From NCBI GenBank assembly GCA_031379145.1, contig JANNEV010000711.1:1-63186 (forward strand): a stretch of 63,186 nucleotides of DNA, read 5' to 3'. The notes under the pieces are model-generated. The model worked only from the letters and a program-made list of their open reading frames with translations, had not been told where the DNA came from and searched no databases. The stretch comes from Gemmatimonadaceae bacterium (lineage in GTDB: Bacteria > Gemmatimonadota > Gemmatimonadetes > Gemmatimonadales > Gemmatimonadaceae). A program made the position numbers and the translations under genes. Within the stretch, counting starts at the first letter, position 1, and the number at the start of each line of letters is the position of its first letter. Shown here piece after piece: positions 48,132 through 58,861 of the stretch.

Positions 48132-48848
48132 ATGCGCATCGACCTGAAGAGCATCTCCCGCGCCGTTGGCATCGCCGTCCCGATCGTGTTTGGCCTGCTG
48201 GTCGGGCGTGCGCTTTCGCCTTGGCTTCCGCAGTTCGCCGCGTGGGTGCACACCATGGGCGTCTGGGCACCAATCGCGTTTCTTGCGGCCTACGTCGCGG
48301 TGTGCCTGCTCATGTTGCCGGCGTTCATGCTGACAATGGTGGCGGGCGCGGTGTTCGGCGTCACGAAGGGTTCATTGCTGGTCATGGCCGGCGCCTTGAT
48401 CGGCGGCACAAGTGCGTTCCTGCTGGCACGCTACGTGGCGCGGGAGCAAGTGGCGCGACGGGTGGCGAAGAATCCCACACTCTCAGCCATCGACCGAGTG
48501 GTGGGCGAAGATGGGCTGCGTCTCGTCTTCCTGCTGCGGCTCTCTCCTGCCGTTCCGTTCGTACTCACCAACTACGCACTCGGCGTCACTCGCGTGAAGC
48601 TGCGTGATTTCATGCTTGGCACATTCGGTCTCACCCCGATCGTGCTTACGTACGCGGCGTACGGCAGCGCATCGGGAGCGGGTCCGAAGGCCGACGGTTC
48701 GTCGCCGGTGTCGGGACCGGTGCTGGCCGTCGGGATCATCGCAACCGTGGGGCTTGGCTTGATCCTGGCTCGCATCGCCCGACGCGCAATGCAGGAAGCC
48801 GAGGCGACCAAAGCGGTTCGCGAAGCGATGCCGACCGGCGGTCGCTGA
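48132..48848 (+). CDS. TVP38/TMEM64 (VTT/DedA superfamily) membrane protein
   Basis: LPAFMLTMVAGAVFG, LLRLSPAVPFVLTNYALG. Confidence 0.92.
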   Translation: MRIDLKSISRAVGIAVPIVFGLLVGRALSPWLPQFAAWVHTMGVWAPIAFLAAYVAVCLLMLPAFMLTMVAGAVFGVTKGSLLVMAGALIGGTSAFLLARYVAREQVARRVAKNPTLSAIDRVVGEDGLRLVFLLRLSPAVPFVLTNYALGVTRVKLRDFMLGTFGLTPIVLTYAAYGSASGAGPKADGSSPVSGPVLAVGIIATVGLGLILARIARRAMQEAEATKAVREAMPTGGR

Positions 48849-48856
48849 TCGCGCAC

Positions 48857-49663
48857 GTGCCCACCCCCCTTCAACTGCTGACGATTGCCGGCGTCTCAGC
48901 ACTCGGCGGAGCCATCAACTCGGTAGCCGGCGGCGGCATGCTGCTGGTCTTCCCCGCCCTGATCGGGCTGGGTGTTCCGCCGATCGTAGCGAACGCCACC
49001 GGGACCGTGGCTCTCTGGCCCGGGTCAATGAGCAGTCTGTGGGGCTATCGCAATGTCATGAAGGGAGCGGGGACCTGGGCGTTGCACCTGGCCGTACCCA
49101 GTCTGGTGGGCGGGCTGCTGGGCGCGTGGCTACTGTTGTCCACGCCGAGCACACGATTTGCGCAGCTGGTTCCCTGGCTGGTGTTTGGCGCGACAATGCT
49201 CTTCGTTGGCCAGCGCCCCGTCTCGGACTGGCTGATTCGCCGGTCACGAAGTGCGCGTGAAGCACCGCAGGACTCCGTCACACCGTCTCCGTCGATTCCG
49301 CTTCACGCGCCGCCGACGAAGTTCCTGCTGCTACAACTCGCCATTGCCATCTACGGTGGCTACTTCGGCGCGGGAGCAGGCATTCTGATGCTGGTCGGGC
49401 TCGGACTCATGGGGCTGACCAACATCCACCAGATGAACGGCCTCAAGAACCTGTGTGGATCGTGCTTCAACGCAGTCGCCGCCCTCACTTTCGCCACGCA
49501 GCACGTGGTCGACTGGCCCATCGCTGGTGCGATGGCCATCGGGTCTGTGCTTGGCGGGTACTTCACCTCCGGGCTTGCCCAAAAGCTGCCGCAGGCACTC
49601 ATGCGCGGCGTGATCGGCGTGATCGGCTTGGTGGCCAGCGTCTGGCTGCTACTCCACCGCTGA
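48857..49663 (+). CDS. TauE/SafE (TSUP) family transporter
   Basis: INSVAGGG, PPIVANAT, YGGYFGAGAG, NGLKN. Confidence 0.92.
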   Translation: MPTPLQLLTIAGVSALGGAINSVAGGGMLLVFPALIGLGVPPIVANATGTVALWPGSMSSLWGYRNVMKGAGTWALHLAVPSLVGGLLGAWLLLSTPSTRFAQLVPWLVFGATMLFVGQRPVSDWLIRRSRSAREAPQDSVTPSPSIPLHAPPTKFLLLQLAIAIYGGYFGAGAGILMLVGLGLMGLTNIHQMNGLKNLCGSCFNAVAALTFATQHVVDWPIAGAMAIGSVLGGYFTSGLAQKLPQALMRGVIGVIGLVASVWLLLHR

Positions 49664-49692
49664 GCGGTCAGCCCCGTCGCGGCGGCGTGCGT

Positions 49693-52080
49693 TCAGATCG
49701 CCACCGGGCGACGCCGATCGAACACCAACCCGACCACGAACGCCGCCAGTGACAGCGCGAGCGCAGCCAACGTGATGCCGCGACCACGCGAATAGCGGTC
49801 GCTCCTGAAGATCAGCTCGACGGACCGAGCGCCAACGGGCAATTCCACTCCCATGAGGACGTAGTCCGCGCGATCGACCTTGGCGGGTACTCCGTTGGCG
49901 GTCGCAGTCCAGCCGGGATAGAAATTTTCCGACACGACCAAAATGGCATTCGCCGGCGCCGGCTTGTCCAACGACAAGACGATATGTCCTGGCTGCCACG
50001 TGGTCGCTTTCACGGAGATACCCAGGGGCTCGGGCATGGTCGAAGGCACGGGCACGGTCTGCACCGTGGTGTTCGTATCAAACAGCGCGACGCGAGTGAG
50101 ATCAAACCGCTCGTCGAGTAGTGTCGGAAGCGCAGACGCGTCCGGAACTTTTACGGCCAGCGGCGTCACCCAAGCCGGCGGGTTGTCGCCCGGCATTGCA
50201 TAGACCGACACCATCTCTCCGGCCGCGTTTCGCGCTGGACCAGCAAGCCGCGGCGCACCGGGAATCGGCGACTCCGGCGCGTTGGTGTACAGATAGCGCA
50301 CGTTCAACAGCTGCCACAATCGTGGGTTGCTGAGCCGATTGACATACTGATCGGTGTCCCAACCGGTGAGGTCATCGTATCGACCCAACTCATTGCCATG
50401 GTACCCGGCGACCGTTCGAATGCCGTGCACCATGAACCCAGTGCCCTTGCCCTCACCGCTGCCGAGATAAGGATCGCGCCGTGTGCCCGCCATCTGCTGC
50501 GCTGCCACCGCCCAGACCCGGCCGGTGGGCGCAGTCTTCAGGAAATCAATCGTCGCATCACCGGCGTACAACTCGGCGCCGCGCGGAGCGAAGCGCCAGT
50601 AGCTGCGTTCTATGGACCACAGATCCAGCGCGGTGACAGCCACCAGTGCCCAGGCCGCCACGGCTGCCGAAAGGCGCTTCCGTTGCAGCGCGAACAAGAC
50701 CCCCACCGTGAGCGAGAGCACCAGTAGGGAGCGCAGCGCGCCGGTCACGATGTTCGATGCATTCTCATCGAGTCGCGCTTCGCGACCAGGCAACGCGAAC
50801 GCCGCCGCGAGGTTGCCCATGGCGCCCGCGCCCGCGAGCGCCGCCACGAATACGCCGACTGCAAGCATGGTCACCAGATATCGCGACTTCACACCGACGC
50901 TGAACGCGCGATCCGCGCCGATACCCGCCAGCACCGCCGTACAGAACGACACGACATACAGCATCGTGCTCGGCGCGCGGAAGAACGTCGTACCCGGCAC
51001 CACCGCATACACCAGGCTGAAGAAGGGCGTGTAGCCACCCAGCGCCCACAGCAACGAGACGACCAGCGCACCCAGCCAGAACCACAGGACACTGCGCCGC
51101 ACTCGCGTCGCGCCGAAGGCGAGCCCAGCGAGCAGCAGGATGACAACGCCGATGTACTCGCTGTGCAGATGAATGCCGTTGCGCCCCGAGTAGAGCGTCA
51201 GCATGCCGGAGAATTGCGGCAAGTATGTGTTGATCAGCTCTTCGGGCGGCATGGAATACGAGATCGCGTGCTCCCAGCCCTTGCCGCCGGCACGAGGCGA
51301 CCACGGCGTGTACTCGAGGAGCGGCCAGAACTGAATCGCACCGCCGAGCATGCCAACTCCAACCGATGCGCCAGCCAGCGCCAGTCGCTGCACGGCAGCT
51401 CCGAGCGGAAGCCGCGCTCCATCGGCCACGGGGGCGAACGCGAGGAACAGCGCGTAGCCGCCAGTGAGCAGCAGCAGATACTGCAGCAGCTGCGGGTGCG
51501 GCGTGAGGACGGCGAGTGTGATCGTGATGCTCAGCGCGCCCCACGCCCACCGTTTTCCGTCTCGCATGCCGCGATGGACAAGGAGCAGCGCCAGCGGCAG
51601 CAACGCGGCCACGAAGATCTTGCCGTCGTGACCGGGAGAGACGAGGCCAGCCACGTTGCCACCCATCTCGTATGCCAATCCGCCCAGCAACGCCCCGAAG
51701 AACCCGAGCCCGACCGCGTTCCGAAGGAAAAGAAACGTGAAGCATCCGGCCAGAAACACATGCAACGTCATGCCCCAGGTCATCGCGGCGTCGGTCGACA
51801 TGATCAACCGCAACAGGAACGTGGGGTAGAAGATGTCGCCGTGCATCGCGGCGACGTACGGCATGCCGCCGAAGAGATATGGACTCCAGAGGGGAAACCC
51901 CGTCCCGGCCCGCAGCGCCTGCGCGGCAAAGTCCCGGAAGGCGAAGCCCGCGATGTACTGGTCGCTGTTTTCGTTCAGCAGTGTCAGGCCGCTGAGCGCA
52001 GGATAGCACAACAGCAGAGTGCCCACCGCGAGCACAAGCACCGCCGAGAGCGTCTGACGTTTGGGAGCGGCGTCGTGCAT
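49693..52080 (-). CDS. YfhO-like polytopic membrane protein (GT-C-type glycosyltransferase candidate)
   Basis: FPLWSPYLFGGMPY...IFYP, many TMs, FFRAP, C-terminal LVVSENFYPGWTATANG. Confidence 0.85.
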   Translation of the reverse strand: MHDAAPKRQTLSAVLVLAVGTLLLCYPALSGLTLLNENSDQYIAGFAFRDFAAQALRAGTGFPLWSPYLFGGMPYVAAMHGDIFYPTFLLRLIMSTDAAMTWGMTLHVFLAGCFTFLFLRNAVGLGFFGALLGGLAYEMGGNVAGLVSPGHDGKIFVAALLPLALLLVHRGMRDGKRWAWGALSITITLAVLTPHPQLLQYLLLLTGGYALFLAFAPVADGARLPLGAAVQRLALAGASVGVGMLGGAIQFWPLLEYTPWSPRAGGKGWEHAISYSMPPEELINTYLPQFSGMLTLYSGRNGIHLHSEYIGVVILLLAGLAFGATRVRRSVLWFWLGALVVSLLWALGGYTPFFSLVYAVVPGTTFFRAPSTMLYVVSFCTAVLAGIGADRAFSVGVKSRYLVTMLAVGVFVAALAGAGAMGNLAAAFALPGREARLDENASNIVTGALRSLLVLSLTVGVLFALQRKRLSAAVAAWALVAVTALDLWSIERSYWRFAPRGAELYAGDATIDFLKTAPTGRVWAVAAQQMAGTRRDPYLGSGEGKGTGFMVHGIRTVAGYHGNELGRYDDLTGWDTDQYVNRLSNPRLWQLLNVRYLYTNAPESPIPGAPRLAGPARNAAGEMVSVYAMPGDNPPAWVTPLAVKVPDASALPTLLDERFDLTRVALFDTNTTVQTVPVPSTMPEPLGISVKATTWQPGHIVLSLDKPAPANAILVVSENFYPGWTATANGVPAKVDRADYVLMGVELPVGARSVELIFRSDRYSRGRGITLAALALSLAAFVVGLVFDRRRPVAI

Positions 52081-52104
52081 GATAGAGAGGCGGCTGGGTC
52101 GCGG

Positions 52105-52284
52105 TTAGCGGCGTTCCATGGCGTCACGAACGTCAAGCAGGATTTCGAAATACAGCTGCTCACGCCGATAGGCGAAATCGAGCGAGGTCATCGCGGAGGG
52201 ATCCTCCGAGAGCTTGGCGCGATCGAACGCTTCGCGGTACATCTCTTCGAGGTTGGTCAGAATACGTTCACGTGAACGCGACAT
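52105..52284 (-). CDS. Small helical hypothetical protein (59 aa)
   Basis: MSRSRERILTNLEEMYREAF...EILLDVRD; gaggg SD; lies directly upstream of the YfhO-like gene. Confidence 0.65.
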   Translation of the reverse strand: MSRSRERILTNLEEMYREAFDRAKLSEDPSAMTSLDFAYRREQLYFEILLDVRDAMERR

Positions 52285-52431
52285 GCGAAGGCCCTCGAGG
52301 GCTTGAAGTGTGAGACGGGGCGGCAAATCCGTGGGCACGCCCGCGCTTTCTTCCGCATCGAACAACTTCGTCACATGCTGGAAGAGCAGCCGCCGAGCGT
52401 TGTCAGGAACTTTCACGGAAAGTGGGGCGGG

Positions 52432-52827
52432 GTGAAACGCGCGGACATCTTTGCACGAGACGGCTACCGCTGCGTGTACTGTGGCCTGATTCAGGAGCCG
52501 GAGACACTGAGCGTCGATCATGTGCAGCCCAGACGGCGCGGCGGAGATAGCTCCGCTGGCAACGTAGTGACCGCTTGCATGGCCTGCAACACAGCCAAGG
52601 CCTCTCGACCGCTGGCGCAGTTCCTCGCGGAGCACCCCGATGCGCGCCGGAACTTCTTCCGGCATGCACGGTATGTGTGGGCAAGACATCTGCGTGCGGT
52701 GGCCGAGGAGCTCGCGCGCCGGGGCGTTGTGGAGCGTCCTGCGGACTTCGTGGAGGGGATTCGGGAGCGTTGCGTCTCCGAGGCCACCCCGCAGGTGTCA
52801 CCAAAAAGGGAACCACCGTGCGACTAG
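52432..52827 (+). CDS. HNH endonuclease (small type); start uncertain
   Basis: IFARDGYRCVYCG...SVDHVQPRRRGG...NVVTACMACNTAK. Confidence 0.88.
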   Translation: MKRADIFARDGYRCVYCGLIQEPETLSVDHVQPRRRGGDSSAGNVVTACMACNTAKASRPLAQFLAEHPDARRNFFRHARYVWARHLRAVAEELARRGVVERPADFVEGIRERCVSEATPQVSPKREPPCD

Positions 52828-53180
52828 GGGGGCTCTGTCGCGGGGTCACCGTCGCCGGATGCGCGACCCGCGCGCGCAAGCTGGTGAAAGACGGCCGACT
52901 GCACCGCGGCGCCGTCTCGCAGGTGCTCCCGAACGATGCGTTCGAGCAGCGCTGGTGTCACCGCGCCGTACCACACACCCTCCGGATACACCGCCACCAC
53001 CGGCCCGCCCCCGCACACGCCCAAACAGGGCGTTTCGCTCCGTTTCACGCGTGAGGGTCCGAAGAGAAGACCTTCCTGTTGAAGGAGTGCGGCGAGGTGG
53101 CTGTACACGCGACGGCCGCGGCGCTCCTCGGAGCAAAACGCTCCAGTACAGACCAGCACGTGCCGCGCGTACGGCTCCAT
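52824..53180 (-). CDS. Thioredoxin-like [2Fe-2S] ferredoxin
   Basis: HVLVCTGAFC...CLGVCGGGPVVAVYPEGVWY...IVREHL. Confidence 0.9.
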   Translation of the reverse strand: MEPYARHVLVCTGAFCSEERRGRRVYSHLAALLQQEGLLFGPSRVKRSETPCLGVCGGGPVVAVYPEGVWYGAVTPALLERIVREHLRDGAAVQSAVFHQLARAGRASGDGDPATEPP

Positions 53181-53220
53181 CTCCAACGGGCGGCCGGGAC
53201 CGGGCGATTGAGCGCCCACG

Positions 53221-53502
53221 TCACTCGGGCGTGCGCGGTTTTTCGCTCGCGCGTCGCGCCGCGCGTTCGCGCACCAGCGTGTACATGCCGCGCATCGCCA
53301 GCACTGTGCCCACCAGCGACACGGCAATCCCTCGGCTGCCCGCGTGTTGCAACCACCGCGCCGCCGCAGCGCTCATGAGGAATCCCACACCGGCGTACGC
53401 CATGCCGCGAAGCTGAGCCGCATTCCAGCGTCCGGTCTTGCGTCGAAACAGCACCGATCCGAGCAGCCAGGCGCCGCCTGTCGCCACCAATGCTGATGCC
53501 AT
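53221..53502 (-). CDS. Small membrane protein (about 3 TM)
   Basis: Three hydrophobic segments; start uncertain (53502 or 53523). Confidence 0.5.
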   Translation of the reverse strand: MASALVATGGAWLLGSVLFRRKTGRWNAAQLRGMAYAGVGFLMSAAAARWLQHAGSRGIAVSLVGTVLAMRGMYTLVRERAARRASEKPRTPE

Positions 53503-53691
53503 CGTTTCGCGGTCCACGTTCACGCAGAGACTCCGGTGACGAACGCCTGCCGCCTCGTCAAGCTGTAGCGAGCACGCGTCGGACTGGGACAGATCGGCGT
53601 CAGACGACGTCGACATGGAAAAACTAACCATGACTCCGATACCGCGATATCTCGCCCCCGCCTCTGCTCAAGCATTGGGGACGCGGCATTC

Positions 53692-54834
53692 CTACACTCG
53701 CAGGAACGCGAGGCCAAGCTCCGCCACAATCAGGACGACGATGGCCATCTCCAGCATCTCGCTGCGGGCGACCTGCGCTTCACCGTTCAGCATGACGTAG
53801 GTTTCTCGCAGAATTGCCAGCTTGCGATCGATGCCCGCCCGCCAGGCCGTGCCCCGAAACAGTTCCAGCGCGGCCGAATAGACGCGTGCCAGGTACACAT
53901 CATTGGTGACCTTGAGCGCATTCTCCACGCGTTCGACCAGCTCGGTGGAGTCCGCAACCTGCGCCTGCAATCGTGACAGCAGCCCGGCGAACCGGCGTCC
54001 AGGAAACACGGACCGACGCGCACGTGCCGCCTCGATGGCGTCGTAGAGCTTCGGCAATTCGCCATCCAGCACGGCGTCGTAGAACCGCAGTTCCAACAGC
54101 TGCGCATTGGCAAATTCGAGAATGTACTGGAGGTCAGTGTCCTCCTCTCCCGGCTCGACAATCAGCGCATTCTCCCACGTCAGAATGGCCAGGTCGTCCA
54201 AGTAGTACGAGAAGCGATGCGGCAGCAGCTCCCGTTTCGCCTGGGGGCTCAGCAGCCGTGTCTCGTTCAACAGCAAGGGCACCACATCGAGCTCGCCGAG
54301 TTCGCGCGCCGATACCGGATTGCCCGACGCCGTCGTTGCACGGGTCACCCGAAACACGGTGAAGTCCTCGTGCACCTCGGCAATGGCTGGTCGCTCGATA
54401 GCCGCGCGCATGCGCTCCGTGAGCAGTTGCAGGTGGTGCCGGGCAACCTGCTCGATGCCGGCATGCTGCTCCAGCGATTGGCCGAACGCCGAGAACTGCG
54501 ACCACGAGCTGCCGGATGGCGCGCGGACGCGGACCCGCAAGGAGACGACACCAAAGTCGAAGATGCGGGCCGACAGCTCAACGGGCCTCGCCTCGCCGCC
54601 CACCACGAGCTGTTCCGAACCCAACAGCACGGTGATGGGCGGATTCTGGATCTGCAACGCCTGGCCCTCGCCGCGCACCGGTCTGACTCGGTCCGGACCG
54701 CTGGCCGCCAGCAGCTCCAAAGCGCGGTCGAGATCGATCGCGTACCCAACGTCATGGAGCCGGTAGGCAATCGCCGATCCCCACACGAGCAGAACTGGAA
54801 CGTCACTCCTGGAAACGTCGGATGGAGCATCCAT
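53692..54834 (-). CDS. RMD1/DUF155-like protein with C-terminal TM
   Basis: AYRLHDVGYAIDL, IFDFGVVS, LEFANAQLLELRFYD, DVYLARVY, LEMAIVVLIVAE. Confidence 0.75.
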   Translation of the reverse strand: MDAPSDVSRSDVPVLLVWGSAIAYRLHDVGYAIDLDRALELLAASGPDRVRPVRGEGQALQIQNPPITVLLGSEQLVVGGEARPVELSARIFDFGVVSLRVRVRAPSGSSWSQFSAFGQSLEQHAGIEQVARHHLQLLTERMRAAIERPAIAEVHEDFTVFRVTRATTASGNPVSARELGELDVVPLLLNETRLLSPQAKRELLPHRFSYYLDDLAILTWENALIVEPGEEDTDLQYILEFANAQLLELRFYDAVLDGELPKLYDAIEAARARRSVFPGRRFAGLLSRLQAQVADSTELVERVENALKVTNDVYLARVYSAALELFRGTAWRAGIDRKLAILRETYVMLNGEAQVARSEMLEMAIVVLIVAELGLAFLRV

Positions 54835-54909
54835 GCGTGAAATGTGGCCCTGCTGCGGCGCCACGTCGACCACCTTTCCCAACCCCGCCACGCAGTCCAG
54901 TTTTCGAGG

Positions 54910-55812
54910 ATGACATCTTCAATGCTGCCGGGTCTGCCCGACCCGCTAATCACACCCAAGGGCTACGCACACCCGGAGCGACTGGTCTCGACGACCTGGC
55001 TTGCCGACCACCTCGCTGATTCCTCGCTGCGCCTGCTCGAATGCAACGAAGACGTGCTGCTCTATGACCTGGAGCACATTCCCGGCGCGCAGAAACTCGA
55101 CTGGCATGTCGACCTGAATGATCAGGTCGAGCGGGACTATATCACGCGGGCGGCGTTCGAGTCGCTGCTTCGGCTCAAGGGCATCGACCACTCCACGACG
55201 GTGGTCTTCTATGGAGACAAGAACAACTGGTGGGCCACGTACGCCTTCTGGGTGTTTCGCCTGTTCGGATTCGACAACGCGGTGGTGCTCGACGGCGGAC
55301 GAGCCAAGTGGCTGTCGGAGAACCGCGCCACCACCGACGAACGCAGCCTGTTCCCCGCCACGACATACACGGCACCGGAACGTGATGACCACACCATTCG
55401 CGCCTTCATCGACGATACGCGCACGCACTTGTGGTCCAGGAAGCCGATGATCGACGTTCGGTCGCCGCAGGAATACACGGGAGAGAAGCTGCACATGCCG
55501 GACTATCCGCAGGAAGGCACCCTGCGTGGCGGACACATCCCTGGTGCACGCAGCGTGCCGTGGGCGCGCGCGGCGGCCGCCGACGGAACGTTCAAGTCCG
55601 CGAGCGAACTACGCCAGATCTACGAAGGTGAAGCCGGACTGGCTGCGTCGGACGATGTCATCACATACTGTCGCATCGGGGAGCGTTCCTCCCACACGTG
55701 GTTCGTACTCACGTATCTGCTCGGCTATACGCATGTGCGGAACTACGACGGGTCATGGACGGAGTGGGGCAACGCTGTGCGCGCGCCAATCACCAAGGGA
55801 GCCGAGCCGTGA
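54910..55812 (+). CDS. Double-domain sulfurtransferase (rhodanese, SseA/CysA type)
   Basis: [16 protein letters not shown] twice, [13 protein letters not shown] active-site loop, YDGSWTEWG. Confidence 0.95.
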   Translation: MTSSMLPGLPDPLITPKGYAHPERLVSTTWLADHLADSSLRLLECNEDVLLYDLEHIPGAQKLDWHVDLNDQVERDYITRAAFESLLRLKGIDHSTTVVFYGDKNNWWATYAFWVFRLFGFDNAVVLDGGRAKWLSENRATTDERSLFPATTYTAPERDDHTIRAFIDDTRTHLWSRKPMIDVRSPQEYTGEKLHMPDYPQEGTLRGGHIPGARSVPWARAAAADGTFKSASELRQIYEGEAGLAASDDVITYCRIGERSSHTWFVLTYLLGYTHVRNYDGSWTEWGNAVRAPITKGAEP

Positions 55813-56276
55813 CGAACGAGGATGTGCCAGTGCAGCCCACTGAAGTGCCCGTTGCGGGAAAGCCGCCGTCGGTGGTTCACGTGGCGTGGGCTGGTGAGCG
55901 GCGCTTTGACGCCGGCGTCGCAGGGGGTGGCCCGACGATCCGCATGGATGGGCATCGAACCACCGGTCCCTCCCCCGTCGACACGTTGCTCAGCGCACTT
56001 GGCGGTTGCACCGGTATTGACGTGGTGGAGATTCTTGCCAAACGCCGCACGCCGCCCACCGCGCTGCGCATCGAGATCATTGGTGACCGCGCCAGTACGG
56101 TGCCGTCGCGTGTCACGAAGGCCACCCTCGTCTACCACATCGACGGTCCGGACATCGATCGCGCGCAGGCGGAACGTGCGATCGATCTGGCCGTCAACAA
56201 GTACTGCTCCGTCCGCGAGTCACTCGATCCGATGATGCCCGTGGAATGGCGGCTGATGCTCAACGGTACGCCGTAA
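55809..56276 (+). CDS. OsmC/YhfA-family protein
   Basis: [26 protein letters not shown]...KYCSV; GTGA overlap with the sulfurtransferase. Confidence 0.9.
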   Translation: MTNEDVPVQPTEVPVAGKPPSVVHVAWAGERRFDAGVAGGGPTIRMDGHRTTGPSPVDTLLSALGGCTGIDVVEILAKRRTPPTALRIEIIGDRASTVPSRVTKATLVYHIDGPDIDRAQAERAIDLAVNKYCSVRESLDPMMPVEWRLMLNGTP

Positions 56277-56300
56277 CGGCCTCGCGCTGGCGTGCGCGAG

Positions 56301-57101
56301 TCAGCGCGTGCGCTCGAGCGTTCTGGTAATCCACGCGAGGGCGCGCGGATCGTTGGAACGCGAGAGCCAGAAGATGGCCGTTTTCCTGAGCTCGCGATCC
56401 GGTAGCGTTTCCGCCATACGCAGCAGGTTCGGGACCGCTTCTTCGGCGGGGCGACGCGACAGCGCAAAGATGGCCTGCTTGCGCACCTCACGATCCCCCG
56501 CTTCGTACGCGATCGAGTCGAGCGACGCGGTGGCCTTGTCGCTGGCGTACTCACCCAACCAGAACACGGCCTGACTTCGTACCTCACGCGGACGTGACTC
56601 CGTTTGGGCAATCCGGAGAAACGCTGGCCATGCGTCGACGGAATCGGCGATGGTCAGGGCGTGCAGCGCATCGCGCGCCGGTTTTTCCTCACCGCGTTCG
56701 GCCACCGACAGCAGCCAGCGCCCGGCGTCGGCCGCCGAAACGACACCGATGTCGGTCACGCCAGTGTCTGCGCGCCACCGACCACCGACATTCGTCCGGA
56801 GCTCCGTGGTGATGCCGTTCGCGCGTACCACGACGAGCCGCACCGGCCCGGCGTCGCACGCGTACTCGACGTCGCGCGACACCGTCCAATTGACGTAGGT
56901 TGTTCCCGCGCCGCCCGACCGTATGTGAGACCATCCGTTCCCGTTGCCGCACACTCCGGAGCGGGCCGCAAATGCGAGTCGAACCGTGCCGGTGCGCACA
57001 CCCTCGATTCGGGCCGCCAGCGGAGCTTGCCCCCAACACGCAGCAACGGGCGCGGTGCACGCCATTGCCAGCATCGTCGACCACCGTCCGAGCGGGCTCA
57101 C
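56301..57101 (-). CDS. Secreted HEAT-repeat protein
   Basis: Signal peptide; repeats EVRSQAVFWLG, EVRKQAIFALS, ELRKTAIFWLS; GTGA overlap with the upstream gene. Confidence 0.85.
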   Translation of the reverse strand: MSPLGRWSTMLAMACTAPVAACWGQAPLAARIEGVRTGTVRLAFAARSGVCGNGNGWSHIRSGGAGTTYVNWTVSRDVEYACDAGPVRLVVVRANGITTELRTNVGGRWRADTGVTDIGVVSAADAGRWLLSVAERGEEKPARDALHALTIADSVDAWPAFLRIAQTESRPREVRSQAVFWLGEYASDKATASLDSIAYEAGDREVRKQAIFALSRRPAEEAVPNLLRMAETLPDRELRKTAIFWLSRSNDPRALAWITRTLERTR

Positions 57102-58861
57102 CGTTCGATGATCTCTTGCAGGAATTGCAAGGCGCGAGGGTCCTTGCTGCGGGAGAGCTGCGAGATGGCCTGCTTGCGTAGCTCCAGCACTTTCTCGTTG
57201 CGCGCGATCTGCAACAGCGACTCGATGTCGCCAGCGCGATTGGAATACGACATCGACGAGAGCAGCTGACGCTTCAGCTCGAGTTCTTGAACCTTCTCAT
57301 ACAGCGAGGCTACCTGAGCGCCGGTCACCTCCATCATGGAGAACATGCCGATCACGGTCCGCCTAGTCGGCAAGCTTTCCTTTGAATTCTGCACCAGGCT
57401 GAGCAGAAAATCGCGGGAGGCGTCTGTCTTCCGCTGCGCAATCGTCATGATGACACGATCGCGGAACCGCTGCTCGTCCGCCTTGCCCAGCACTTCCTTG
57501 AGAAAACTCATGGGATCATCGAGCGATTTCCCAGCGGCGCTCATGTACCAGTTCAACGCGTCACCGCGCAGCTCCACCGGTGCGTTCGCGTCGGCCGCGA
57601 TGTCACGCAGCGTCTGTGAGGCCTTCGGCGATTTCGACCGCGACAAGGCGTACACGGCGCGCTTGCGCAGGTCCATGTCGCCGTTGCCGGTCGCCAGTTC
57701 GATCAGCATTCCGGCGGCTTCGTCGGTGGGCACGTTGGCCAGCCAGAATACCGCTTGCTCACGCACTTCGCGGTCGGGGTCCGTCTTGGCCGTATTGACG
57801 AGGAGTGCGGCGGCATCCGGCATCTTGCGCGACGCGATCAGCCACACCGCGGTGCGGCGCATGTTCTGCGTGCACGGCTCTCGACGGGCAAGCACTTTCT
57901 TCAGAATGGGCATGGCGCGTTCCGCGTCCACCTGCATGAGGGCGTTCAGCGCGTCGACGCGTTCATCGTCCGATTGTTTCGGGCATCCGTCATTGGAGGC
58001 GCTTTCGGCACGCCCATACAACGTCGCCACGGCCAGCTGATCTCCACGCCGGGCCAGGGCGCCCTCGACGCGCGTAGCCAGCGCGCTCGCGTCCGATCGT
58101 GTGGCCGCCTTCGGGAACTGCTTCTCCTGCCAGGCCAACGCGTCCTGCGCCGCTCGGAGGTCACTTGGTGACCCCAGACGCTGCAAGGCGAATGCTTCCC
58201 AATACGGCGCGTCCGGTGCGTAGGTGGACTTGGGATATTGCTCGCGAATCCGACGAAACAGATCAGCCGCTCGCCGATATGAATCAGCCGAGAGTGCCTT
58301 GCGGGCCTCGCGATACAGTGAGTCCGCTGGATCGTCGGCATTCCACGATGGCGGAGCCTCGCTGCGCAGCACGCGCGCCTCGTTGCGGAACGCGGGCATG
58401 GTTCCGGCGATGGCCAATCCGTCCAACCCCTGCTGCAGCTCCAACAGATTCCGCTGTGCATCGAACTGGGTCAGCCCGGCGAGGTGTCCCGCGTCCAGCG
58501 CATCAAGCGAGCCGAGAAGCACGTCGCGATTCGTCGAGAGCAGACTCCGGCTCTGCGCCAGGGCGCGCGATGACTCGCGCAGGGACTCCATCTCACCGCG
58601 CATGGCGTCGAGGGGGTAGAAGAAATCACCACTGATGGTTCCCGAGAGCGCCGCCGGGAACTGCGGCTCGGCCGGCGGAGGAAGCGGCCGATCCGTGCGA
58701 GGCCGTGGGGGCGTACGGGGCTGCGTTGGACGTGCCGGCGCCGGCGGTAATGGAGGTGGCCCCTGTGCGTCCAGCACGCGCTGCGGGAGGTGGAGCAACA
58801 TCGTGCTGGCGGCAATCAGCACGAACCACTGCGGCCCACGAACGGCATAGATCGCGTTCAT
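57098..58861 (-). CDS. Secreted TPR plus HEAT-repeat protein
   Basis: Signal peptide, Pro-rich linker, BamD/YbgF-like TPR (ADSLYREARKAL...YPKSTYAPDAPYW), several VREQAVFWL-type repeats. Confidence 0.85.
   Translation of the reverse strand: MNAIYAVRGPQWFVLIAASTMLLHLPQRVLDAQGPPPLPPAPARPTQPRTPPRPRTDRPLPPPAEPQFPAALSGTISGDFFYPLDAMRGEMESLRESSRALAQSRSLLSTNRDVLLGSLDALDAGHLAGLTQFDAQRNLLELQQGLDGLAIAGTMPAFRNEARVLRSEAPPSWNADDPADSLYREARKALSADSYRRAADLFRRIREQYPKSTYAPDAPYWEAFALQRLGSPSDLRAAQDALAWQEKQFPKAATRSDASALATRVEGALARRGDQLAVATLYGRAESASNDGCPKQSDDERVDALNALMQVDAERAMPILKKVLARREPCTQNMRRTAVWLIASRKMPDAAALLVNTAKTDPDREVREQAVFWLANVPTDEAAGMLIELATGNGDMDLRKRAVYALSRSKSPKASQTLRDIAADANAPVELRGDALNWYMSAAGKSLDDPMSFLKEVLGKADEQRFRDRVIMTIAQRKTDASRDFLLSLVQNSKESLPTRRTVIGMFSMMEVTGAQVASLYEKVQELELKRQLLSSMSYSNRAGDIESLLQIARNEKVLELRKQAISQLSRSKDPRALQFLQEIIER

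Noticed and set aside
48132-56276. A sulfur-trafficking cluster (TauE, rhodanese, OsmC, 2Fe-2S ferredoxin)
   Set aside because: The genes are on mixed strands with unrelated genes between; only the rhodanese-OsmC pair is clearly coupled.
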